Program-made: the position numbers and the translations under genes
Shown: piece after piece, positions 41,925 to 50,072 of the stretch
How positions within the stretch are numbered: position 1 is the stretch's first letter
How the letters are laid out: each line of letters opens with the position of its first letter
NCBI GenBank assembly: GCA_033720955.1
Contig: JAWWBN010000001.1
Location: forward strand, 1 to 58,278
Direction: 5' to 3'
From: Thermoanaerobaculia bacterium
GTDB taxonomy: Bacteria > Acidobacteriota > Thermoanaerobaculia > Multivoradales > JAHEKO01
DNA length: 58,278 nt
Notes under the pieces: model-generated
What the model saw: the letters and a program-made list of their open reading frames with translations, nothing else
Told to the model about the DNA's origin: nothing
The model's database searches: none

Positions 41925-44507
41925 TCAGCGGGCGGCTTCGACCAGGCTCCCGTAGTAGAGCGCGTTGAAGAGCAGCTTGAAGGTGCGCAGGGGCTGCGCC
42001 CGGTGCTGGGCCCGGAAGCCGATCAGGATGACGTGGCCGTCGCCGACCTGGAACTCGACCACGGCGGCGCGCCGCTCCAGCTTCTGGGCCCCCTTCAGAT
42101 AGCCGCTGACCAGGATGTCGTCGCGGTGGTCGGGGTAGCGGGCCACCACCCGCCGGTCGAAGCGGGCGTCGGGCAGACGGGTCCGGAAGGCGGGGGAGGA
42201 GGCGAAGTAGCCCGCCTCTTCCTGCCGCAGGCCGTAGCCCAGCGGGTGGCCGGTGTCCACCAGGAGACGCACCAGGGTGCCCGGGGCGGAGAAGTCGTCG
42301 TCGCCGTCGCCCAGGACGTCGCTCACCGGCAGCTCGAAGAGGTCGATCAGGTACTCGGCCGAGCTGTCGAGGGCCACCACGGTGCCGCCGTTGCGGACCC
42401 ACTCCTTCAGCCGCTCGCCCCCTTCGCTCCCCACTCCGCCGGCGTACTCGGGGGGCAGCGGGCTCCAGAAGCGGGCGCCGCGGCCGGACGGCTCGCCCTT
42501 CTCGATGATCGACTTGCCGACGTCGGGGAAGAGGATGGTGGCGAGGCCGTCGAAGCTGCCGTCGCGAACGTCCTCGTTGGCCAGATTGCGGAAGGGAAAC
42601 TCGTAGCCCTCCAGCAGAAAGCGGGTCCATCCCTCGTCCATGCTGGCCACCCACGGCTTGAAGAGGCCCACCGTGACCGGACGGACCTGCAGGCGGCCGC
42701 TGACCGGCACGGCGTCGGCGGCCTCCACGGGCAGGTGCAGCTCGTCGGCCAGGGCCTGCAGCTCGGCCGCCGTGACCTCCTCGGCGGGGATCCAGACGTC
42801 TCCGACCTTGGCGTCGCCATGCTCCTCGGTCAGCCAGTAGATCCGCTTGCCCGCCGCCAGCAGTCGGTTCATGGCCGCGTAGACCGAGTCGTGGGAGTGG
42901 GAGAGCAGGTAGCCGTTGTCGCTGGGAGCCACGGTGACCGACGGCCAGGCCATCGTCTCGACGGCGGCCAGGCCGGCGGCCTGGAACGGCCGGTCGAGCT
43001 CGTCGATCGCGACCCCCATGAGAAGCGGCAGCGACCAGGCGGTGACGTCGTAGGGCGGGAAGATCGGCCCCCCCTCATAGGGGCGGATCTCTGGGTAGCG
43101 CTGCCGGCGGAGCATGGTGAGCAGGAAGGCCCGGTACGGCTGCGCGGCCGGCACCACCCAGCTTCCCGCCGGGTAGGTCGTCCGGCCCACGGTGAAGGGC
43201 TCGTCGGCGCGCTGCACGGTGACGCCGTGCCGCAGCAGCAGCTCCACCAGGCGTCCGGCCGCCCCGGGGTCGTGCTGGTCCGGGGGGACGACCCAGCCGA
43301 AGGGCGCCTCGGCACGGCCCGCGGCGACCTGCCGGGCCCCCATCCGGTAGAAGTTCGCCAGCAGCTCCTCGCGGTAGTCGGAGCAGGTCTCGAGCGCCGC
43401 CCAGGTGGCGATCAACTCGTACTCGACGATGTCGCGCAGCCGCCACCAGCCGCCGGGCCAGGGGGAGGGAAAGTTGGCGCGGCGCTTGTACTCGGGCAGG
43501 CCCTTGCGGCCGCCCGCCAGCTCCCCGGGGTCGATGTGGATGGGCGTCGCGATGCGGACGCTCGCCACCTCCGTCAGGAGGCCGGTGACGTTCTTCCACC
43601 AGGCCGTGTTGCGGGTGCCGCCCGGCCAGTAGCTGTCGAAGATCATGTTGTGGCCGACCCCGGTCTTGCCCGCCTCCTCCAGCCGGTAGGACATGTTGGT
43701 GCCGATGAGGTCCGCCTGGCGGAAGATCAGCGAGTCGACCTCCAGCGCCAGGGGGTCGGTCTGGGGCGGAACGAACATCCGCGGCCCGGTGGAGCCCATC
43801 TGGTGCTCGTCGATGAAGACCTGCGGGAACCAGCGGTGGTAGAGCAGATCGTTGACGTTCCGCGTCTCGGCCTGGGTCAGCATGTAGAAGTCGCGGTTGT
43901 TGTCGTGCCCCACGTAGTGCTGGTAGAGCCACGGCATGCGGCCGCCCTCGAACTCGGTGCCGAGCTGCTTCTCGTACCAGTCGATCACCAGCACCTGGCC
44001 ATCGGGGTTGATCGACGGCATGAGCAGCAGGATGACGTTCTCCATCCAGGCCAGCCGGTCGGGATCGGTGGTGGTGGCGAACTGGTAGGCGAACTCCGTC
44101 GCCATCTGGGTGCACCCCACCTCCGTGGCGTGGATCGTGCAGGTCACCAGCACGATCGCCCTGCCCTCGGCGGCGAGCCGTGCGGCTCGCTCCGGGGTGA
44201 GGCGATCGGGCCGGGCGAGCTCTGCCGCGATGCCTCGGTAGCGCTCGAGATCGGCCTGATTGGCGGCCGACGTGAGAACCACCGTGACCATCTCGTTGCC
44301 CAGGGTGGAGGTGCCGGCGCTCTCGACGGAGACGCGATCGGAATTCTGCGCCACCAGCCGGAGGTATTCGAGGACGCGGGGATAGGGCGCCAGCTTGCGG
44401 TCGGCGCCCACCGGGTGCCCGAGGAACTCCTCCGGCGACGGTGGCTGGGCGGCAGCGGAGAACGAGATTGCCAGCAAGAGAAGCGCGACGGCGACGGTCC
44501 GGGTCAT
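41925..44507 (-). CDS. M14 family zinc carboxypeptidase-like protein, secreted, with a large C-terminal extension
   Basis: ATG at 44507 follows GGAGGAAGAGG. Signal peptide 'VAVALLLLAISFSAAAQ'. 'CTIHATE' (HxxE), 'MPSINPDG' and 'GHDNNRDF' are present. Confidence 0.85.
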   Translation of the reverse strand: MTRTVAVALLLLAISFSAAAQPPSPEEFLGHPVGADRKLAPYPRVLEYLRLVAQNSDRVSVESAGTSTLGNEMVTVVLTSAANQADLERYRGIAAELARPDRLTPERAARLAAEGRAIVLVTCTIHATEVGCTQMATEFAYQFATTTDPDRLAWMENVILLLMPSINPDGQVLVIDWYEKQLGTEFEGGRMPWLYQHYVGHDNNRDFYMLTQAETRNVNDLLYHRWFPQVFIDEHQMGSTGPRMFVPPQTDPLALEVDSLIFRQADLIGTNMSYRLEEAGKTGVGHNMIFDSYWPGGTRNTAWWKNVTGLLTEVASVRIATPIHIDPGELAGGRKGLPEYKRRANFPSPWPGGWWRLRDIVEYELIATWAALETCSDYREELLANFYRMGARQVAAGRAEAPFGWVVPPDQHDPGAAGRLVELLLRHGVTVQRADEPFTVGRTTYPAGSWVVPAAQPYRAFLLTMLRRQRYPEIRPYEGGPIFPPYDVTAWSLPLLMGVAIDELDRPFQAAGLAAVETMAWPSVTVAPSDNGYLLSHSHDSVYAAMNRLLAAGKRIYWLTEEHGDAKVGDVWIPAEEVTAAELQALADELHLPVEAADAVPVSGRLQVRPVTVGLFKPWVASMDEGWTRFLLEGYEFPFRNLANEDVRDGSFDGLATILFPDVGKSIIEKGEPSGRGARFWSPLPPEYAGGVGSEGGERLKEWVRNGGTVVALDSSAEYLIDLFELPVSDVLGDGDDDFSAPGTLVRLLVDTGHPLGYGLRQEEAGYFASSPAFRTRLPDARFDRRVVARYPDHRDDILVSGYLKGAQKLERRAAVVEFQVGDGHVILIGFRAQHRAQPLRTFKLLFNALYYGSLVEAAR

Positions 44508-45247
44508 CCTCTTCCTCCGAGAAGATCGGTGTCTCGCGGCGGGCGGCCGGGGTCGGGAACCGGAGAAGGCTAGCACGGCTCCCGCTGGCGCTGGCGGCGG
44601 TTCTGGCGTGTCCGCCGGAGCTCGCCGCCGCCGAGGGCCCGGCGCCGGCTCGCGAGGAGCTCAGGTACCGGTGGCGACTCGGCGGGGTGGGCGGCACCCT
44701 CGCCCGCGTCTTCGTCCCCGGCAGGGGCGAGGGCCGGCTGATCACCGAGCCGGTGGGGCCGGGCGAGCGGCGGACCGTGCTGAAGATCACCTCGCAGGAC
44801 GCCGACGGCGAGGAGTACTGGCTCTGGGGCTCGCGGCTCGACGCCGCCACGCTGGACGCGCGGGAGGCCTGGAACGAGTCGTACTACCGGCAGCGCGAGA
44901 AGCGGCGCGAGACGACCCTCGACGAGCCGGGGGTGATCGACATCCCGTCGGGCATCCACCTGCTGCGCCGCCGTCCTCCGACCGAGCCGCTGGAGCTCGA
45001 GCTCTGGACCGACGGCAAGATCTACCCGGTGCTCATCGAGCCGGGCCGAAAGGAGCAGCGCCAGGTGGACGGCCGGACGACGATCGTAGACCACTTCGTG
45101 ATCGAGGGCCGCGACGTGCCGGACCGGCGGGTCTGGAAGGGCCGGCTCGACGTGTGGCTGACCCCCGACGAGGCCGCCGTCCCCGTGGAGATCGTCTACC
45201 GGCGCAAGGGCGGAAAGGTCCACCTGGACCTGGTCCCGCCCGAGTAG
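44441..45247 (+). CDS. hypothetical secreted protein (DUF3108-like); start uncertain
   Basis: Hydrophobic 'LARLPLALAAVLA' is followed by beta-rich sequence. The only in-frame ATG/GTG/TTG codons upstream of this segment are ATG 44441 and TTG 44468. Both overlap the divergent M14 start at 44507. Confidence 0.6.
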   Translation: MAGRQRRTRLPAREARRRRSGSSSSSEKIGVSRRAAGVGNRRRLARLPLALAAVLACPPELAAAEGPAPAREELRYRWRLGGVGGTLARVFVPGRGEGRLITEPVGPGERRTVLKITSQDADGEEYWLWGSRLDAATLDAREAWNESYYRQREKRRETTLDEPGVIDIPSGIHLLRRRPPTEPLELELWTDGKIYPVLIEPGRKEQRQVDGRTTIVDHFVIEGRDVPDRRVWKGRLDVWLTPDEAAVPVEIVYRRKGGKVHLDLVPPE

Positions 45248-45303
45248 AGCTCCGGCTCCCGGCCGGCTCCACTTCTGCGGCGGACGCTGGTAGCCTTCCG
45301 CCG

Positions 45304-46509
45304 GTGAGATTCTCCGCCGCGCCCCTGCTTCCGCTCCTGATCGCCGCCTGCGGCGCGCCGGCGGTCGAGTCCCCGGCCGCTCTCGAGAGCCGGGAGCTGC
45401 CGACTCCCGCCGCCGCCGGGTCGTTCGCGCCGCGGCTGACCGCCGTCGGGGAGGAGGCCGGTCTGACCTGGATCGAGAAGACCGGGGCGGAGGGGCGGCA
45501 CCGGATCCGGTTCGCCCGGCTGGACGGCGTCCGCTGGTCTGCCCCGTCCACCATCGTCGCGGGCGACGACCTGTTCGCCAACTGGGCCGACCTCCCGGCC
45601 GCGGTCGCCGGGGGGGACGGCGCCCTGTACGCCCACTGGCTGGCCAAGACCGGCGAGGAGACCTACGCCTACTCGATCTTCCTGGCGCGCTCCGACGACG
45701 AGGGGAGCCACTGGCGGCCCCTCGGTCGGCTCAACGACGACGACACCTCGACGGAGCACGGCTTCGTCTCCTGGCTGCCCGAGGAGGCTGGCGTGCGGGC
45801 GGTCTGGCTGGACGGGCGCGAGATGGCGTCCGGCGGGCCGATGACCCTGCGCACGGCCCTGGTCGACGCCTCGGGCGCCGGCGCCGGGCAGCTCCTGGAC
45901 GAGCGGGTGTGCGAGTGCTGCAACACCGCCGCGGCCCGGTCCGGGGACGGGACCGTCCTGGTCGCCTATCGCGATCGCGCGGCCGGCGAGGTGCGCGACA
46001 TCGCCACCGTCCGAGGTGGCGCCGGTGGCTGGAGCGAGCCCATGGTGCCGCACGCCGACGGCTGGGGGATCCCCGGCTGCCCCGTCAACGGCCCCGGCGT
46101 CGCGGCCGCGGGGTCCGACGCGGCCCTCGTCTGGTTTACCGCCGCCGGCGGCGCTCCGACGGTCCGCGCGGCCCTCTCGAGCGACGGCGGAGAGACCTTC
46201 GCCCCCGCGTGGACCGTGGACGCGGAGGGACCGCTGGGACGGGTGGACGCGGCCTGGTGGGGCGACGCGGCGTGGGTCGTCTGGATGGCCCCCGACGGCG
46301 ACGAGGCCGAGGTGCGGCTGGCCCGCGTCTCCGAAGAGGGTCCCGCCGAGCCCCTGGTGGTGGCCCGCACCTCCGCGGCCCGCGCCAGCGGCTTCCCTCG
46401 CCTGCTGGCCCAGGAGCGCCGGCTCCTCGTCGCCTGGACCGAGGTGGCCGACGGCTCTCCCCGGCAGGTGCGGCTGGCCGAAGTGCCCCTGGCCGCGTCC
46501 AGCCAGTAG
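45304..46509 (+). CDS. BNR/Asp-box repeat (sialidase-fold) lipoprotein
   Basis: GTG start at 45304. Lipobox 'LLIAAC'. Asp-boxes 'SDDEGSHW' and 'SSDGGETF'. Confidence 0.75.
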   Translation: MRFSAAPLLPLLIAACGAPAVESPAALESRELPTPAAAGSFAPRLTAVGEEAGLTWIEKTGAEGRHRIRFARLDGVRWSAPSTIVAGDDLFANWADLPAAVAGGDGALYAHWLAKTGEETYAYSIFLARSDDEGSHWRPLGRLNDDDTSTEHGFVSWLPEEAGVRAVWLDGREMASGGPMTLRTALVDASGAGAGQLLDERVCECCNTAAARSGDGTVLVAYRDRAAGEVRDIATVRGGAGGWSEPMVPHADGWGIPGCPVNGPGVAAAGSDAALVWFTAAGGAPTVRAALSSDGGETFAPAWTVDAEGPLGRVDAAWWGDAAWVVWMAPDGDEAEVRLARVSEEGPAEPLVVARTSAARASGFPRLLAQERRLLVAWTEVADGSPRQVRLAEVPLAASSQ

Positions 46510-46536
46510 AGTAGCCTCCCGACGGCGCAGGGGCGC

Positions 46537-46613
46537 GGGCGGTTAGCTCAGTCGGTCAGAGCACCTGCTTTACACGCAGGGGGCCACTGGTTCGAGTCCA
46601 GTACCGCCCACCA
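46537..46613 (+). tRNA. tRNA-Val (anticodon TAC), CCA encoded
   Basis: Acceptor stem GGGCGGT/ACCGCCC. D-arm TAGCTCAGTCGGTCAGAGC. Anticodon stem CCTGC/GCAGG with loop TT-TAC-AC (anticodon at 46571..46573). T-arm ACTGG-TTCGAGT-CCAGT. Discriminator A followed by CCA. Confidence 0.9.
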
Positions 46614-46639
46614 CCGCCGCCGCGAGGAGACCGGGCGAG

Positions 46640-49600
46640 ATGACGATGGAGATTCCCAAGCAGTACGAGCCGGCGGCGACGCAGGGCAGGATCTACCGAC
46701 GCTGGCTCGAGAAGGGCTGCTTCGCCGCCCGTCCCGACGAGCGCCGCGAGCGGTACGTGATCATGATGCCGCTGCCCAACGTTACGGGCGCGCTGCACAT
46801 GGGACACGCCATGGACAACGTCATGCAGGATCTCCTGATCCGCTGGCACCGGATGCGCGGCGACAACACCCTCTGGATGCCGGGCATCGACCATGCCGGG
46901 ATCGCCACCCAGGCGATCGTCGAGAAGTTCCTCTTCGAGACCGAGGGCAAGACCCGCAACGAGATCGGCCGCGAGGCGCTGGTCGAGCGGATCTGGGCGT
47001 GGAAGGGCGAGCAGGAGAAGCAGATCATCTCGCAGCAGCAGCAGATGGGCTGCTCGTGCGACTGGGACCGTCACCGCTTCACCCTGGATCCGGTCTGCGT
47101 GGCGGCGGTGCGGGAGGCCTTCTTCCGGCTCTTTCGCGACGGCCTGATCTACCGCGGCGATCGCCTCGTCAACTGGGACGTCCACCTCCAGACCGCGGTC
47201 TCCGACGACGAGGTCTACAAGGAGACCGTGCAGGGGCACTTCTGGCACCTGGAGTACCCGGTGGTCGACCCGCGGCCGGGCGAGCCCGAGAAGGTGGCGG
47301 TGGCCACGACGCGACCCGAGACCATGCTGGGCGACACCGCGGTCGCCTGCCACCCCGACCCGCGGGGCGAGCTGGAGCGGCAGCTCGAGGAGGCCCGGAC
47401 CGCGGGCGACCGGAAGGAGGTCGAGCGGCTGGAGGAGCGGATCCGCGACCACCTGCCCCTCCTGCAGACCCTGACGGAGATGGCCGCGGACGGCCGCACG
47501 GTGATGCTGCCGCTGGCCGAGCGCGAGATCCCGCTGATCCTCGACGAGTGGGCCAAGCCGGAGCTGGGCTCGGGCTGCGTCAAGATCACTCCCGCGCACG
47601 ACCCCAACGACTACGAGGTCTGGCAGCGCCACCGCGACCGCATCGGGATCGTGAACATCCTGGAGTCGGATGGCACCCTCAACGCGAGCGCCGGCGCGTA
47701 CCGCGGCCTGGACGTCCCGGCGGCGCGGGCGGCGGTTGTGGCGGCGCTCACCGAGCGCGGCCTCCTCGCCCGGGTCGAAGAGCGGGAGATGGAGGTCAGC
47801 CACTCCGATCGCTCGAAGACCCCCATCGAGCCGTATCTCTCGCGTCAGTGGTTCGTGCGGATGGGCGACGTCGAGGGCGGGGTGGTGCTGGGCCGGGGCA
47901 CCGGCAGGGAGTTCGCCGCCCCCGGGCTGGCGCAGGCGGCCCTCGACGCAGTGGACCCCCGCTGGCGCTCGGCGAGCGGGCGCAATCTGAGCTTCTATCC
48001 CGACGCGGAGAGCTACGGCGCGATCTACCGCAACTGGCTCGAGGAGAAGCGCGACTGGTGCATCAGCCGCCAGCTCTGGTGGGGGCACCAGATCCCCATC
48101 TGGCACGGCAGCCTGTCGCCGGAGCGGCTCGCCGACCTGCTCGACGGGATGCCGGCGCCGGAGGAGGGGCTGGCATGGGTGTGGGTGGGCGACGCGGACG
48201 GCCGCCAGCTCCCGCCCCGCGACGCCCTCGCGGCGGCCGACGCCGACGAGGAGCTCGAGGTCCAGGTCTGTCTCCGCGCCGGCGACGCCGAGGAGGAGCT
48301 GGCCCAGCGGCTCCTGGGCCACGGTCTCGAGCGCGACCCCGACGTCCTGGACACCTGGTTCTCGAGCGCCCTCTGGCCCCACAGCACCCTGGGCTGGCCC
48401 GACCCGGAGATCCTCGGCGACGCCGCCCGCGGCCCCACCGGCGAAGACCTGCTCTCCTACTACTACCCCGGCTCCTGCCTGGTCACCGGCCGCGACATCA
48501 TCACTCTCTGGGTCGTCCGCATGATCATCATGGGGCTCTACAACCTGGGCGACGTGCCCTTCACCGACTGCTTCGTCCACGCCACCATCCTCGACGGCAA
48601 GGGCGAGACGATGAGCAAGTCGAAGGGCAACGGCATCGATCCCAGCGCCATCATCGACCGCTACGGCGCCGACGCGATGCGCTACCAGATCTGCAACCTG
48701 CAGACCGGCGCCCACTACGCCCGCCTGCCGGTGCAGGCGGTCTGCCCCAGCTACGACCCGGGCACCCACCCCGAGGAGCTGATCGACCTCGGCGAGGCCG
48801 AGCACGGCAAGACCCTGCACGGCGACGACAACCTCTTCACCTACCTCTGTCCCCACTGCGGCATCGAGTTCGACGTCAGCGGCACCCTGGCCCGTCTGCC
48901 CCGGGCCACGATCGTCAGCGACCGCTTCGAGGTGGGCCGCCGCTTCTGCACCAAGCTCTACAGCGCCACCCGCTTCGCGCTGCTGAACCTGGACGGCTAC
49001 CGCTTCCGGCCGCTGGGGCGGGCCGATCTCGCGGCGGAGGACGTCTGGATCCTCTCCCGGCTGTCGTGCGCCATCGACGAGGTCACCGCCCAACTCGCCG
49101 CCTACAACCCCTCGGCGGCCCTGTCCGCCGCCCGCGGCTTCTTCTGGGACGAGCTGTGCGACTGGTACCTGGAGATGATCAAGCCCCGGGTGCGCGACGA
49201 AGGGGCTTCGTCGGTGGCCCTGCAGGTCGTCAGCACGGTCCTGGACCAGGTGCTGCGGCTGCTGCACCCCTTCCTCCCCTTCGTCACCGAGGAGCTCTGG
49301 TCGCGGCTCGCCGAGCGCGCGCCCCAGCGCGGCATCCGCCAGCCGCTCGCCACCACCGAGATGCTCATCGAGGCTCCGTGGCCGGGTGGGGAGCCGGAGT
49401 GGCGCGACGTCGAGGTCGAGCGGGAGTTCGAGCTGCTCCACCTGGCGATCCGGGCCGTTCGCGATCTGCGAGCCCAGCATGGAGCCCCGGCGCGCAAGCC
49501 CCTCGAGGCAGCGGTGCGGGCGCCCGAGCAGGTCGCCTCCCGTCTGCGGCGCCACCGGGAGCACCTGCTCGCCCAGGCCGCCCTGGCCGCGGTGGAGATC

Positions 49601-49882
49601 GGCCCCGACGTGGAGCCGCCGGCCGCCTCGACCGCCCGGGTCGAAGGGGAGATGGAGATCTACCTCTCCGGCCTGGTGGATCGGGCCGCCGAGGCGGAGC
49701 GGCTCACGGCCCAGTTGGGCGAGCTCGAGGAGCGCGCCGCCGCGACCCGGGCGCGGCTGGCCAACGAGCAGTTCGTCACCCGCGCCCCGGCGGCCGTCGT
49801 CGAGGGGGAGCGGACCAAGCTGGCGCAGCTCACGGACGAGATCGACCGCGTCACCCGTCGGCTGAGCGACCTCCGGGGGTAG
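46640..49882 (+). CDS. valS: valine--tRNA ligase (long form, 1080 aa)
   Basis: HIGH box 'PNVTGALHMGHA'. KMSKS box 'TMSKSKGNG'. 'DVLDTWFSS'. C-terminal coiled-coil. The ATG follows GAGGAG. Confidence 0.95.
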   Translation: MTMEIPKQYEPAATQGRIYRRWLEKGCFAARPDERRERYVIMMPLPNVTGALHMGHAMDNVMQDLLIRWHRMRGDNTLWMPGIDHAGIATQAIVEKFLFETEGKTRNEIGREALVERIWAWKGEQEKQIISQQQQMGCSCDWDRHRFTLDPVCVAAVREAFFRLFRDGLIYRGDRLVNWDVHLQTAVSDDEVYKETVQGHFWHLEYPVVDPRPGEPEKVAVATTRPETMLGDTAVACHPDPRGELERQLEEARTAGDRKEVERLEERIRDHLPLLQTLTEMAADGRTVMLPLAEREIPLILDEWAKPELGSGCVKITPAHDPNDYEVWQRHRDRIGIVNILESDGTLNASAGAYRGLDVPAARAAVVAALTERGLLARVEEREMEVSHSDRSKTPIEPYLSRQWFVRMGDVEGGVVLGRGTGREFAAPGLAQAALDAVDPRWRSASGRNLSFYPDAESYGAIYRNWLEEKRDWCISRQLWWGHQIPIWHGSLSPERLADLLDGMPAPEEGLAWVWVGDADGRQLPPRDALAAADADEELEVQVCLRAGDAEEELAQRLLGHGLERDPDVLDTWFSSALWPHSTLGWPDPEILGDAARGPTGEDLLSYYYPGSCLVTGRDIITLWVVRMIIMGLYNLGDVPFTDCFVHATILDGKGETMSKSKGNGIDPSAIIDRYGADAMRYQICNLQTGAHYARLPVQAVCPSYDPGTHPEELIDLGEAEHGKTLHGDDNLFTYLCPHCGIEFDVSGTLARLPRATIVSDRFEVGRRFCTKLYSATRFALLNLDGYRFRPLGRADLAAEDVWILSRLSCAIDEVTAQLAAYNPSAALSAARGFFWDELCDWYLEMIKPRVRDEGASSVALQVVSTVLDQVLRLLHPFLPFVTEELWSRLAERAPQRGIRQPLATTEMLIEAPWPGGEPEWRDVEVEREFELLHLAIRAVRDLRAQHGAPARKPLEAAVRAPEQVASRLRRHREHLLAQAALAAVEIGPDVEPPAASTARVEGEMEIYLSGLVDRAAEAERLTAQLGELEERAAATRARLANEQFVTRAPAAVVEGERTKLAQLTDEIDRVTRRLSDLRG

Positions 49883-50072
49883 CTCCGGCCGGCCCTCGGG
49901 GCCCTCTCCGCCGGCCCGACGGCTCCTGCCTCGAGCCGCCGGCGGGATCTCGCCGCCCGAGGTGGGCGACGAGACATTAGTCGAGCGAGCGATCGGTTTT
50001 TCTCCGGGGTCGGGTCCAGGCTAGAATGACGCCCTTCGACTCCGGTCGACCAGCGGAAGGAGCAGGGCGCAG

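Noticed and set aside
46509-46640. tRNA-Val considered as an integration hotspot for a genomic island.
   Set aside because: No integrase, recombinase, transposase or phage-like gene lies on either side, and I saw no repeat of the tRNA 3' half downstream. The flanking genes (BNR protein, valS, PDH) look like core chromosome.
49996-50000. A TTTTT run downstream of valS, considered as a possible intrinsic terminator.
   Set aside because: No stable stem directly precedes it; only the short CGATCG palindrome does. It lies about 20 nt upstream of the TAGAAT box for aceE, so it is more likely part of that promoter's upstream region. A GC hairpin nearer the valS stop (GGCCC-tcg-GGGCC, about 49898..49910) is a weak alternative terminator.
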